Shown piece by piece: positions 8,387 to 17,009 of a stretch of DNA of 64,000 nt. A program made the position numbers and the translations under genes. A model generated the notes under the pieces. It was not told the DNA's origin and ran no database searches. It was given only the letters and a program-made list of their open reading frames with translations. This DNA is from an uncultured bacterium (GTDB lineage Bacteria > Babelota > Babeliae > Babelales > Babelaceae), in assembly GCA_963713855.1 (NCBI GenBank), contig OY970209.1, forward strand, positions 480,001 through 544,000. The letters are read 5' to 3'. Numbering within the stretch: position 1 is the stretch's first letter; each line of letters opens with the position of its first letter.

Positions 8387-9709
8387 ATGTTCTATAACGT
8401 AAAAAAAATTAACGTATTAGCGCTTACTTTAGGCCTGTTCTCTTCTTTTTTTATAAGCCAATTAGCATGCAAGAACTACGACCTTACCGTTTTAGGATTC
8501 ATTCGCCAGGGAGATGGATTAGGTAAAGTAGCTTTTAATTTAATTCATATGCTCAAAAACGATCTGAAAATTAATTTTATCTCCAACAATGACGCGCCCA
8601 ATCATTTTGCTGATGTGCCAGATTGTGTTAGGAAAATTGTTGAGGACCCAAACAAAACTCCTGGGATGGTGACGGTATCTACCGGGTTTTTATGGAATTC
8701 GTGGAATGAAGCGCATAAGAACATCCCCAACAGTAAGGTTAAGATAGCGTATTCTATGATAGAATCTGATGCTTTACCCGCTCGATCGGTTGCTATTCTC
8801 AATAGCAAGTTTGATGCAGTAGCAGTTCCAGATGTATTTCAAAAAAATGTCTATGCTAACTCCGGCGTTAAAATTCCTGTTTTTATTCTACCAATGGGCT
8901 TGTTCCTTGAGGATTTCTTAAATCAGCCTCTTAAGCATGCATCTAGCACTCCTTTTACGTTTGGAATGAGTGGTGTTTGGGAACCTCGGAAAAATCATGC
9001 TCTTCTACTTGAGGCATTTGCTCGTGAATATGGCAATAACCCCCTCTTTAAATTAAAATTGCATGGCAGGTTTGGCTATCCTGAAGTGCTTCAAGGCTTA
9101 CGCGATATGGTTAATAGGTACCACCTTAAAAATGTCGAGATACTTGATGGTCCCATGACTCAAAAGGAATACGTCAATTTTATGTGTCATTTGGATTGCT
9201 ATGTATTTTTGTCAAAGGGGGAAGGCTTTTCTATGACCCCTCGTGAGGCGATGGCGGCGGGAGTACCGTGTATTTTGTCAAACAATACGTCGCACATAAC
9301 ACTCTGTAAGTCTGGTGTGGTAAGACCGGTTAAGGCTGGTATTGTCAAACCGGCTTACTATTCGGTGACCTATCAACAAGCTGTTGGAAAGGAATATGAT
9401 TGTTCACTTTTAGATGTTACTGGAGCTATGAAAGATGTTGCTGATCATTACGGAAAATATCTCGCTCTAGCTCAAAAAGCAAGAAATTGGGTTAAGCAAT
9501 ATCAGTGGTATAACTTGAAAAGAAAATATCTAAGCCTGATTAAGCCAAAAAAAGTTATCGTTGGTGCAAGTAATATCGTTAATGATGACGGTATATTGCA
9601 AACAAGATCTGCTCAATTAGCCAAAAAATACACGCAGCAATCGGTTAAGAATAGACCTAAAAAGGCTAAAAAACATCAACATGGTAGAAAAAGTGGTAAA
9701 CATAAGTAA
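8387..9709 (+). CDS. GT4-like (GT-B) glycosyltransferase, signal peptide, basic C-tail
   Basis: AYSMIES, PRKN..LLLEAF, SKGEGFSMTPREAMAAGVP (EX7E); paralog of the next two genes. Confidence 0.88.
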   Translation: MFYNVKKINVLALTLGLFSSFFISQLACKNYDLTVLGFIRQGDGLGKVAFNLIHMLKNDLKINFISNNDAPNHFADVPDCVRKIVEDPNKTPGMVTVSTGFLWNSWNEAHKNIPNSKVKIAYSMIESDALPARSVAILNSKFDAVAVPDVFQKNVYANSGVKIPVFILPMGLFLEDFLNQPLKHASSTPFTFGMSGVWEPRKNHALLLEAFAREYGNNPLFKLKLHGRFGYPEVLQGLRDMVNRYHLKNVEILDGPMTQKEYVNFMCHLDCYVFLSKGEGFSMTPREAMAAGVPCILSNNTSHITLCKSGVVRPVKAGIVKPAYYSVTYQQAVGKEYDCSLLDVTGAMKDVADHYGKYLALAQKARNWVKQYQWYNLKRKYLSLIKPKKVIVGASNIVNDDGILQTRSAQLAKKYTQQSVKNRPKKAKKHQHGRKSGKHK

Positions 9710-11075
9710 AAAATACTGTCGATTGGTTCTTCGTCACATGGCGCTCCTTTTGTATGTCACATGCCATGCAAATGGCGTTGATCTGACCCTTGTTGGCCAA
9801 GTTTGGCACGGAGATGGTCTTGGAAAAATCGCTATTAATTTTATTGAGTGCTTAAAAGTTTTTAAGGATAAGGATAAAGTTTCAATTACTATGAGAACAA
9901 CCCACGATGCTCCAGTCTATGAGGATTTGCCCTCATCAGTTCGCGACATCGTCAACCGAGAAACTAACGACATTGGCGATGTCGCTATTTTGACTGATAT
10001 TCCTTGGTTTAAAGGGATCAAAAAACCGAATATTTTGCCCCACGGTGCACTCATTAAGCTCGCATATTCTATGATAGAATCTACTCGTATCCCAAAGCAG
10101 TGGGTACTTACTTTTAATAGGCATTTTGATGCAGTTCTAGTCCCAGATCAATTTTTCGTTAAAGTATATAAAGATTCGGGAGTCACGGTGCCAATATTCG
10201 TGCTGCCTATCGCCATGGACCTAAAGAGATTTTTAGAATCACCTCTTAAAAATGAGCCGGGAAAGCCTTTTATTTTTGGAAACATTTCTCAAATACGACC
10301 CCACAAAAACGTAAAGTTACTTATACGGGCTTTTCATAAGGCATTTGGTAATAACCCCGATGTTAAGCTGGTGCTTAATGCACGATATGCTAAAGATCCA
10401 CAATCGATACGAGATGTTATCAAAGAAATAGGGGCAACCAATATTCAGTTTCATCATGGAGCTTTAAAATTTGATGACATGCTTGCGCTTATGAAGACGT
10501 TCGATTGCTATGTTAGTTTTTCAAAAGGGGAAGGTTTTTCGCTAATACCTCGTGAAATGCTCGCACTTGGAACACCGGTAATTATTTCAGATAACACTGC
10601 CCAGAGCACAATTTGTAAAAGTGGTCATGTTAGAGCTGTTCCACAATCTGGAAGAAGTAAGGCACGCTATGAGCATTTGACGGGAGACTGCGGCTTTCAG
10701 TTCGAAACATCCTTGCAAGACGCCGTCGACTCTTTACTTGATGTGTATAATAACTATCCCTCGCATCTTGAAAAAGCAAGAATGGGCAGAAAATGGGTCG
10801 AGAAATATGGTATTGAATACTTAGGAGCGCAATATTTGAGCTTAGTAAAGCCCAAGGAAATAAAGCTCGGTGCTAAAAATATAATCACTCCTCAGTTTAT
10901 TGAGACTACAGACCGAAAACTATTAGCAAAATTTAAAAAGCTAACAGGAAAGAAAGCTGTAGTAAAACCAGAGTTTTTTGGGACCACAGATCGAAAGCTA
11001 TTAGCAAAGTTTAAAAAGCAAGCGGGAAAGAAATCCGTTGCTTCAAGACCAGTTAAAAAAAGTAAGAAAAGATAA
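9681..11075 (+). CDS. GT4-like glycosyltransferase, leader peptide, duplicated basic C-tail
   Basis: GDGLGK, AYSMIES, HKNVKLLIRAF, SKGEGFSLIPREMLALGTP; exact start uncertain. Confidence 0.88.
   Translation: MVEKVVNISKKYCRLVLRHMALLLYVTCHANGVDLTLVGQVWHGDGLGKIAINFIECLKVFKDKDKVSITMRTTHDAPVYEDLPSSVRDIVNRETNDIGDVAILTDIPWFKGIKKPNILPHGALIKLAYSMIESTRIPKQWVLTFNRHFDAVLVPDQFFVKVYKDSGVTVPIFVLPIAMDLKRFLESPLKNEPGKPFIFGNISQIRPHKNVKLLIRAFHKAFGNNPDVKLVLNARYAKDPQSIRDVIKEIGATNIQFHHGALKFDDMLALMKTFDCYVSFSKGEGFSLIPREMLALGTPVIISDNTAQSTICKSGHVRAVPQSGRSKARYEHLTGDCGFQFETSLQDAVDSLLDVYNNYPSHLEKARMGRKWVEKYGIEYLGAQYLSLVKPKEIKLGAKNIITPQFIETTDRKLLAKFKKLTGKKAVVKPEFFGTTDRKLLAKFKKQAGKKSVASRPVKKSKKR
10890..11045 (+). repeat. 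Intragenic 78-bp (26-aa) tandem duplication
   Basis: PQFIETTDRKLLAKFKKLTGKKAVVK / PEFFGTTDRKLLAKFKKQAGKKSVAS. Confidence 0.85.
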
Positions 11076-11092
11076 ATAACTCAATTCTGAAC

Positions 11093-12373
11093 CTATCGCC
11101 TTTTGCGTGTTGCTTTTTTAGGCCTCATAAGTGGCTCTCGTAAAACAGCACTGTATTTTAAGTAGAGGCTTTCTGAGTTAGTTGTTAGAGTATCCTGTGT
11201 GATCTCATTTTTTTTGCCGCGTCGTAGTATCTTCGGTCTTATGAGATTTGCGTATATCTTGCAAAAATGGTGATACATAAAATGGTGAACCCATTTTTTC
11301 CCCTCAAGTGCCTTCTTGACGTATGTTGGATAATTAAGATAGACGTCTTGCATAGCTTTTGCTAAATCATCAACCGTACACGCGGAAAAATATCCGCAAT
11401 TGCCGAGCGTAGGATAATTAGCTGGTACCAGTATGTTTGATGGCACGCTTTTGACAAATCCAGTGGCTGCCAAAACTTTTTGGGCACTATTATTTGAAAC
11501 GATGACGGGTATGCCCATGCTCAGGGCTTCATAGGGCGATATAGAAAAACCTTCTCCAAGAGACGGATTGACAAGGCAGTGTAGTTTTCTCATAAAAGCC
11601 ACATATTCTTTATCACTTAAGTGTTTTACATTGAAGCTAATATTCGTCGCATTCAACGCCGCAATTTTCTTTCTAACCTGTTCCGAGATATTTGAGTCCC
11701 CAACTCTTCCGTTAATGACCAATTTTACGTCTGATGAATTGCCGAAGGCCTTATGGAAAGCCTCAATCAGTAAAAGCGGGTTTTTGTGTACAAAAACGGC
11801 GGCGGTATTACCAAAAACAAAGGGCTTGAGTCGCTTTTTACCTTGCGGGAGCTTTAAAAATCGATCGAGATAAAGTCCCAACCCAACTTTAAATACGGGA
11901 ATTTTTAAGGCCGATTTATAGACGTGGTAGTTCCATTCGTTAGGCACTGCTACAGCGTCAAAATGCTTATTGAGAATTTCAACCCATGAAGCAGGTAATT
12001 TTGTTGCCTCGAACATTGAATAGGCGATTTTTATGGGGCTGTCTTGTGGCATTGCGGTATACTCAGTAATACCCGAGGTTAATATAGCGACCTTTCCACC
12101 TGACTTATCTGGATTTTTAATAATAGAATGCAGCCCCGGTGCTATGCGAGAAAGACTCATTGGAAAGAGCGTTTTGCTGATATTTATATGATTTACCTTC
12201 AGCTGTTTATGTAAGCAGTCCAAAAAAACATGTCCAACTTGACCAAGTCCGTCAGATTTATCAACGAATCCAACTACGGTGGCATCGTAATGAAATTTTG
12301 CAGATAAAGAAGAATGCATAACAATACACGCAGTAAAAAAAAACATTTGCGTGAAAAAATAAGGTTTGTTCAT
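11093..12373 (-). CDS. GT4-like glycosyltransferase, signal peptide, basic C-tail
   Basis: SDGLGQ, AYSMFEA, HKNPLLLIEAF, SLGEGFSISPYEALSMGIP. Confidence 0.88.
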   Translation of the reverse strand: MNKPYFFTQMFFFTACIVMHSSLSAKFHYDATVVGFVDKSDGLGQVGHVFLDCLHKQLKVNHINISKTLFPMSLSRIAPGLHSIIKNPDKSGGKVAILTSGITEYTAMPQDSPIKIAYSMFEATKLPASWVEILNKHFDAVAVPNEWNYHVYKSALKIPVFKVGLGLYLDRFLKLPQGKKRLKPFVFGNTAAVFVHKNPLLLIEAFHKAFGNSSDVKLVINGRVGDSNISEQVRKKIAALNATNISFNVKHLSDKEYVAFMRKLHCLVNPSLGEGFSISPYEALSMGIPVIVSNNSAQKVLAATGFVKSVPSNILVPANYPTLGNCGYFSACTVDDLAKAMQDVYLNYPTYVKKALEGKKWVHHFMYHHFCKIYANLIRPKILRRGKKNEITQDTLTTNSESLYLKYSAVLREPLMRPKKATRKRR

Positions 12374-12419
12374 TTGATGCCTTGTTTACATAACCTTATG
12401 GCTTTGAATGGCGACTTTT

Positions 12420-13166
12420 TCATAGAGCATAGCCCAGCTTGACGATAAGATCGCCAAATCGATCTTTGCAGAGTTGTTTTTGTTCTGGCGTAAAAGTTGT
12501 TTTCCATTCGCCAATTTGTCCATTGCGAAATGTTGGAGATTTTCCAAAAAGACGATAGCCGATCCCTTTTAGGTCCATGTCAGATGGACTTAAACCTATA
12601 TGTTTAGCCATTTTTCTTATTGTTTGTAATTGCTTCCTGGTACTACCTCCGCCTCGCGGTCCTACTAGATCTTCAAAATGAATGGTAAGGACTCTTGGCA
12701 AACTCATCCAGGGCAGATATTGCTCATACAATGACCTTGTATCTTCAATAAGGGCGGTGATAAGGTCAGAGATCATGTTTTTATTTTTTAAGAAAGGATT
12801 GTAGTGTGCTGGTGCGTTAAGCTCGGGCAGTGCGTACATGAAGTGAGCAAGTGCAATAATCTGATCTCTCGGGTCACGCATGAGTAAAAACGTTTTTTTA
12901 ACGCCTTGTCTTTCAAGTGCTTTAACAGCTTTTAGGGTGTACGGTACATGGAAAAATGGAAACTCATCGCTTTTGAAAGAAAACTTCTTATAGACCCAGT
13001 CAGCATCCCTCATATTAACGCCTTTAAGGCCGAAACCGGCAAATACGTTTACACCCAAAAAGGTACCCGCTTTGGGAATAGAATTGAGAAAAAAAAGGTT
13101 CGGGGAACGTTTCGAGTATAAAATGCTTGTGAATAATAGCAACCCGAGTGCTAATTTTTTCATCAA
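12420..13166 (-). CDS. PAPS-dependent sulfotransferase with signal peptide
   Basis: 5'-PSB motif SIPKAGT, 3'-PB motif RDPRD, IHFEDL, FRNGQIGEWK. Confidence 0.85.
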   Translation of the reverse strand: MMKKLALGLLLFTSILYSKRSPNLFFLNSIPKAGTFLGVNVFAGFGLKGVNMRDADWVYKKFSFKSDEFPFFHVPYTLKAVKALERQGVKKTFLLMRDPRDQIIALAHFMYALPELNAPAHYNPFLKNKNMISDLITALIEDTRSLYEQYLPWMSLPRVLTIHFEDLVGPRGGGSTRKQLQTIRKMAKHIGLSPSDMDLKGIGYRLFGKSPTFRNGQIGEWKTTFTPEQKQLCKDRFGDLIVKLGYAL

Positions 13167-13347
13167 AATCCTTGTTATTGAAAAGTTAACAACGATGATA
13201 TGGTATATACCTTACTAATTTAATTTTTTACATGTCAAGGTAAGCGTTATTCATGGGAAAGATTAAGATCTTTATAACAGTTTTAGTTATTGACAAAATA
13301 TTCCGCGCATTGGTATCTTTCAGAAAATTTCTTACACTAGGTGAAGT

Positions 13348-14160
13348 ATGAATAGAGAACTCTTTTTCGCACTGCTTATAAGTTTTAATGTTTCTTGCAG
13401 TGGTATATTTCAAGTAGATCCCAAGCTTGAAAATAAGCAATTCCTTAATACTTTTTTAGGAATTCGAGATTCGTGTACGTGGAAGCAGCACGAAAAATAC
13501 AGTGTGTTTACTCAATATGATAAACAATTTTATTTGTCTTATAAAGATGACTTTATTAAAAAGTATAAATCCTTCTACGCAGTTGCTAAAACTATTAAAC
13601 CCAATAAAATCATCGAGTTAGGCTCTTCAGCTGGTTCAGGTTCTGATGCTTATATGTCCGCCACCAACGCTCACTTTTTAGGAATAGATATATTTAGTAA
13701 ACGTAAATATGATGATGGTACTGAATGGGATTCTTACGATATAGCAGAGAAGCTTTTTAAAGAGCGAAACTTTAAGAATTGGCGCTTACTTAAAGTTAAT
13801 TTAAGAACCCTTAAAAAGTTGCCCGAAAAAGCCGATTTAGTTGTGGTTGATGCTGCTCATGATTTTAACAATGAATATTTAGATCTAAAATTAGCGCTGA
13901 CAGCAGATCCGCGCTACATTTTCGTTGATGATGTGGATGGCGAAGAATGTGGACAGGCCGTAAAGAAATTTATGGACGAAGACCTGAAAGGTAGAATCGA
14001 GTTTGCGATCAAAATTGACTATATAATAGGTGGCTTGGTTATTAAACTTAAAGAACAAAGGCCTAAAAGTGGCAAGAGTAAAGCTCATAAAATCTCAAAA
14101 AAATCTGAGCATAAAAAACGTAAAGCCGATGGAAAGCAGCACAAGAGTCAAAAAGCTTAG
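13348..14160 (+). CDS. Class I SAM-dependent methyltransferase, leader peptide, basic C-tail
   Basis: IIELGSSAGSG, GIDIF, DLVVVDAAHD, IFVDD. Confidence 0.8.
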   Translation: MNRELFFALLISFNVSCSGIFQVDPKLENKQFLNTFLGIRDSCTWKQHEKYSVFTQYDKQFYLSYKDDFIKKYKSFYAVAKTIKPNKIIELGSSAGSGSDAYMSATNAHFLGIDIFSKRKYDDGTEWDSYDIAEKLFKERNFKNWRLLKVNLRTLKKLPEKADLVVVDAAHDFNNEYLDLKLALTADPRYIFVDDVDGEECGQAVKKFMDEDLKGRIEFAIKIDYIIGGLVIKLKEQRPKSGKSKAHKISKKSEHKKRKADGKQHKSQKA

Positions 14161-14174
14161 TACTAAGAATTTCC

Positions 14175-14444
14175 TTGATCCATGCTGATAACAAGGCAGC
14201 AGTTAATTGCTTTTTTATAAGAGATGATATCATAAAAAGGCACAAACTGTCTTTTAAAGATAGTGATAGACTAGAGGCCCTTTATAAACGTTCGGGATAT
14301 GCCGGCATGTATCAACTCGATAAAGTGAAATGGTGTATCTTTCTGCCAAAAATCTGCCTCCAAAAAAGAGCGATCCGACTAAGAAGGCTCAAAAAGTCGC
14401 CAAGAAAGAGACTAAAAACTGAGCTAGTAAAGGTTCGAAATTGA
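14175..14444 (+). pseudogene. Probable C-terminal remnant of an FkbM-like methyltransferase
   Basis: AVNCFFIRDD resembles TQNTFFVRQD of 7429-8337; no N-terminal domain; Lys-rich tail in two frames. Confidence 0.4.
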
Positions 14445-14469
14445 TACAAGGTTCTTAAAAGGGGAGAAT

Positions 14470-14546
<77 letters not shown>

Positions 14547-14623
14547 ATTACAAAGGATATCTCATATCTACTAAACTGTACCTTGTTTTTATGATTTGTC
14601 AATGAATCTTGTTCATCTTTTGA

Positions 14624-14998
14624 CTAACTGACTATCACAAAAGCTATTGCTAACTGTGCAGTGTGGGTCAATGAGACCTGTATCTCGAGGGGTACGAGCT
14701 TTAAAGCTTGCCACGAGACGTATAATTGAGGGTATACCTGTTTTTTGCTAACGCTTGAGTGCCTTAATAGCTCAGAAAAAAGGCAAGGTGGATAGGTATA
14801 AAATTGGCACAATGCCTTATAAAGTGCTTCTTTTGCTGCAAAACGTGCGGCCAGGCGTGAAGCCCCGAAGGCCCCATTACGCAGGCAATAATCGAGCTCT
14901 TCCTGAGAGTAGACTCTTTTTAATATAGAAGGATTAAAAGTGAGCCATCGATTAAAGCGGTTTACTTCTACCGCATCGATGCCTATTGCCATTTTCAT
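14624..14998 (-). CDS. acpS: Holo-[acyl-carrier-protein] synthase
   Basis: IGIDAVEV.RF, LAARFAAKEA..KA, VSLTH. Confidence 0.92.
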   Translation of the reverse strand: MKMAIGIDAVEVNRFNRWLTFNPSILKRVYSQEELDYCLRNGAFGASRLAARFAAKEALYKALCQFYTYPPCLFSELLRHSSVSKKQVYPQLYVSWQALKLVPLEIQVSLTHTAQLAIAFVIVS

Positions 14999-16524
14999 AT
15001 GAAGGGTTGATCTTTCTGGTAATCGAGTGACCGATACGATAGTGCTTCAAATAAGTGTTCTTCATGTATCGATGGGCTATCTTGAAGATCAGCAATTGTT
15101 CTGGCTATTTTTAGGGTCTTATGATAACCACGCATGCTCATAGCCAATTTTTCAAACGCATTTTTTATAGTATTACGAGCACCTGAGGTCAATGAGCAAA
15201 AGTGCTCTATATGTGACGGCGTCATTAAAGCGTTTCTAATTGATGAATCAGGAAAACGCTCTTTTTGGCGTATAAGGGCACGTTCTATTGGTTTAAAGAG
15301 ATCCTTTGAGGAGACAGAAACCTCTTGGCTGGTCAGCGCACTATACTCGACCGGTGGTACGAGTACTTGTATATCAATGCGATCCAAGAGAGGCCCTGAT
15401 AGCTTCTTAAGGTAAGCGTTAATGGAGCCATAGGAGCACACACACGCTTTTCGTTTGTCTCCAAGATATCCGCACGGACAGGGGTTGAAAGCACACACAA
15501 GCATGCAGTTAGCGGGGAAGGTGACCGCATGGTTTGCTCGAGCTATTGAAACCTCATGTGTTTCAAGCGGTTGCCTTAAGGCTTCAAGCGTTGTTTTTGA
15601 AAATTCTGTAAGCTCATCTAAAAACAGGATACCGTTGTGAGCTAAGCTAATCTCGCCAGGTTGTGGCCATGACCCGCCGCCTATAAGCCCTGCCTTGCTG
15701 ATTGTATGGTGAGGGTTTCTAAAAGGGCGCTCTTCGATTAGCCCCTGAGAGTGAAGCTTGCCGCTTATAGAATAAACTTTTGTTGTTTCTATCTGTTCTT
15801 CAAAAGACATTGGTGGCATTATGCTCTGTAAGCGTTGCGCAAGCATGCTTTTTCCTGAACCGGGAGGCCCTACAAAAAGGATATTATGTCTTCCAGCCGC
15901 CGCAATTTGAAGGGCGCGTTTTGCTTGGCTTTGTCCCTTAACCTCATTAAAATCGAGGGTGCTTGTTGGTGGTTTTGCGGATTCCTTTGAAAATTGAGGG
16001 TTTACGTATTTTCCCTGTATATAGTTAAGAACATCAGTAAGATGCGAGACCCCAACGGTAACCAAATGGGGAGCAAGACTGGCCTCAAGCAGATTTTCAG
16101 ACGGCACCATTAACCGCTTTTTGCCCAAGCGTTGAGCATCGCAGGCAATAGAAAGAGCGCCCTTGACCCCCTTTATACTACCATCAAGCGATAGTTCACC
16201 GATGACAATAGTTTCATCCAAAAAAGATTGTGGGCAAGATATATATTGAGCAGCTTGGAGAATGCCAAGTGCTATGGGTAAATCAAAAAGTGTTCCCTCT
16301 TTTTTCAAGTCTGCCGGAGCAAGATTAACGGTAATTTTGCGTTCTGGTAGCTTAAATCCAGCATTTTTAAGACCAGCTATAATGCGCTGCCTGCTTTCTT
16401 TTATAGCTGTGTCCGGTAGACCGACAATATGGAATTGAAGCATGCCGTACGAAAGATCGACCTCCACCTCCACCAAGAATGCAAATACGCCAAGCGTCGT
16501 TGCAGAAAGTATTTTTGTATGCAT
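14995..16524 (-). CDS. comM: YifB/ComM Mg-chelatase-like AAA+ ATPase
   Basis: VGLPDTAIKES, ITVNLAPADLKKEG, GPPGSGKS, PGEISLAHNGILFLDE, NPCPCG, SGPLLDRIDI. Start placed at MHTKIL. Confidence 0.93.
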   Translation of the reverse strand: MHTKILSATTLGVFAFLVEVEVDLSYGMLQFHIVGLPDTAIKESRQRIIAGLKNAGFKLPERKITVNLAPADLKKEGTLFDLPIALGILQAAQYISCPQSFLDETIVIGELSLDGSIKGVKGALSIACDAQRLGKKRLMVPSENLLEASLAPHLVTVGVSHLTDVLNYIQGKYVNPQFSKESAKPPTSTLDFNEVKGQSQAKRALQIAAAGRHNILFVGPPGSGKSMLAQRLQSIMPPMSFEEQIETTKVYSISGKLHSQGLIEERPFRNPHHTISKAGLIGGGSWPQPGEISLAHNGILFLDELTEFSKTTLEALRQPLETHEVSIARANHAVTFPANCMLVCAFNPCPCGYLGDKRKACVCSYGSINAYLKKLSGPLLDRIDIQVLVPPVEYSALTSQEVSVSSKDLFKPIERALIRQKERFPDSSIRNALMTPSHIEHFCSLTSGARNTIKNAFEKLAMSMRGYHKTLKIARTIADLQDSPSIHEEHLFEALSYRSLDYQKDQPFI

Positions 16525-16607
16525 AGTCAAACTTTCAGTCCGTAGACCGCTAGCATACACCAGCTTATTCAAAATGCCAAAGGTAGGATCTAGGTAGAGT
16601 CGCTAAA

Positions 16608-16909
16608 AAGTAAGCCGAAGAGAAATAGGCGCCTACGCGGCGAGCGGCAGGACATTGTCCTGCACCTGTTGCTTGTTTTGCGTGTTCATACTTGTGTATG
16701 AGATAGACCGGAAAATCCGGTCTATCTCATTAGCACATATACCAGAAAGGGGTTCCCTTTCTAGTATATTAAACAACCATAAAAAGTTTAAACAGGGTGT
16801 GGGTCAAGGGTCATAAAGCCTGAGTCCAGGCTTATGAGCCCTTTCATAAGAGTCAATACTATGACTCTTATGATGCCGCGTAGGCGTATGCTTTTGCTGA
16901 TTTTTATTT
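16608..16909 (+). repeat. Multi-hairpin dispersed element, copy 2
   Basis: Same layout as copy 1; perfect 12-bp arms CGCCTACGCGGC (16630-16641) / GCCGCGTAGGCG (16875-16886); lies between divergent genes. Confidence 0.93.
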
Positions 16910-17009
16910 GGGGACATAGCCTAGGGCATTTTTGCTCTACGTCTCGCTATTTTTCAAAAGAATTTTATACTTATGCTTGCATAGTTTTTCTTTAAAATTT
17001 GGTAATCAT

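Noticed and set aside
16590..16924. CTAG tetramers flanking element copies as target-site duplications
   Set aside because: Distances to the left end differ (19, 14, 22 bp), copy 1 has no CTAG just right of the element, and one coincides with the radA stop codon.
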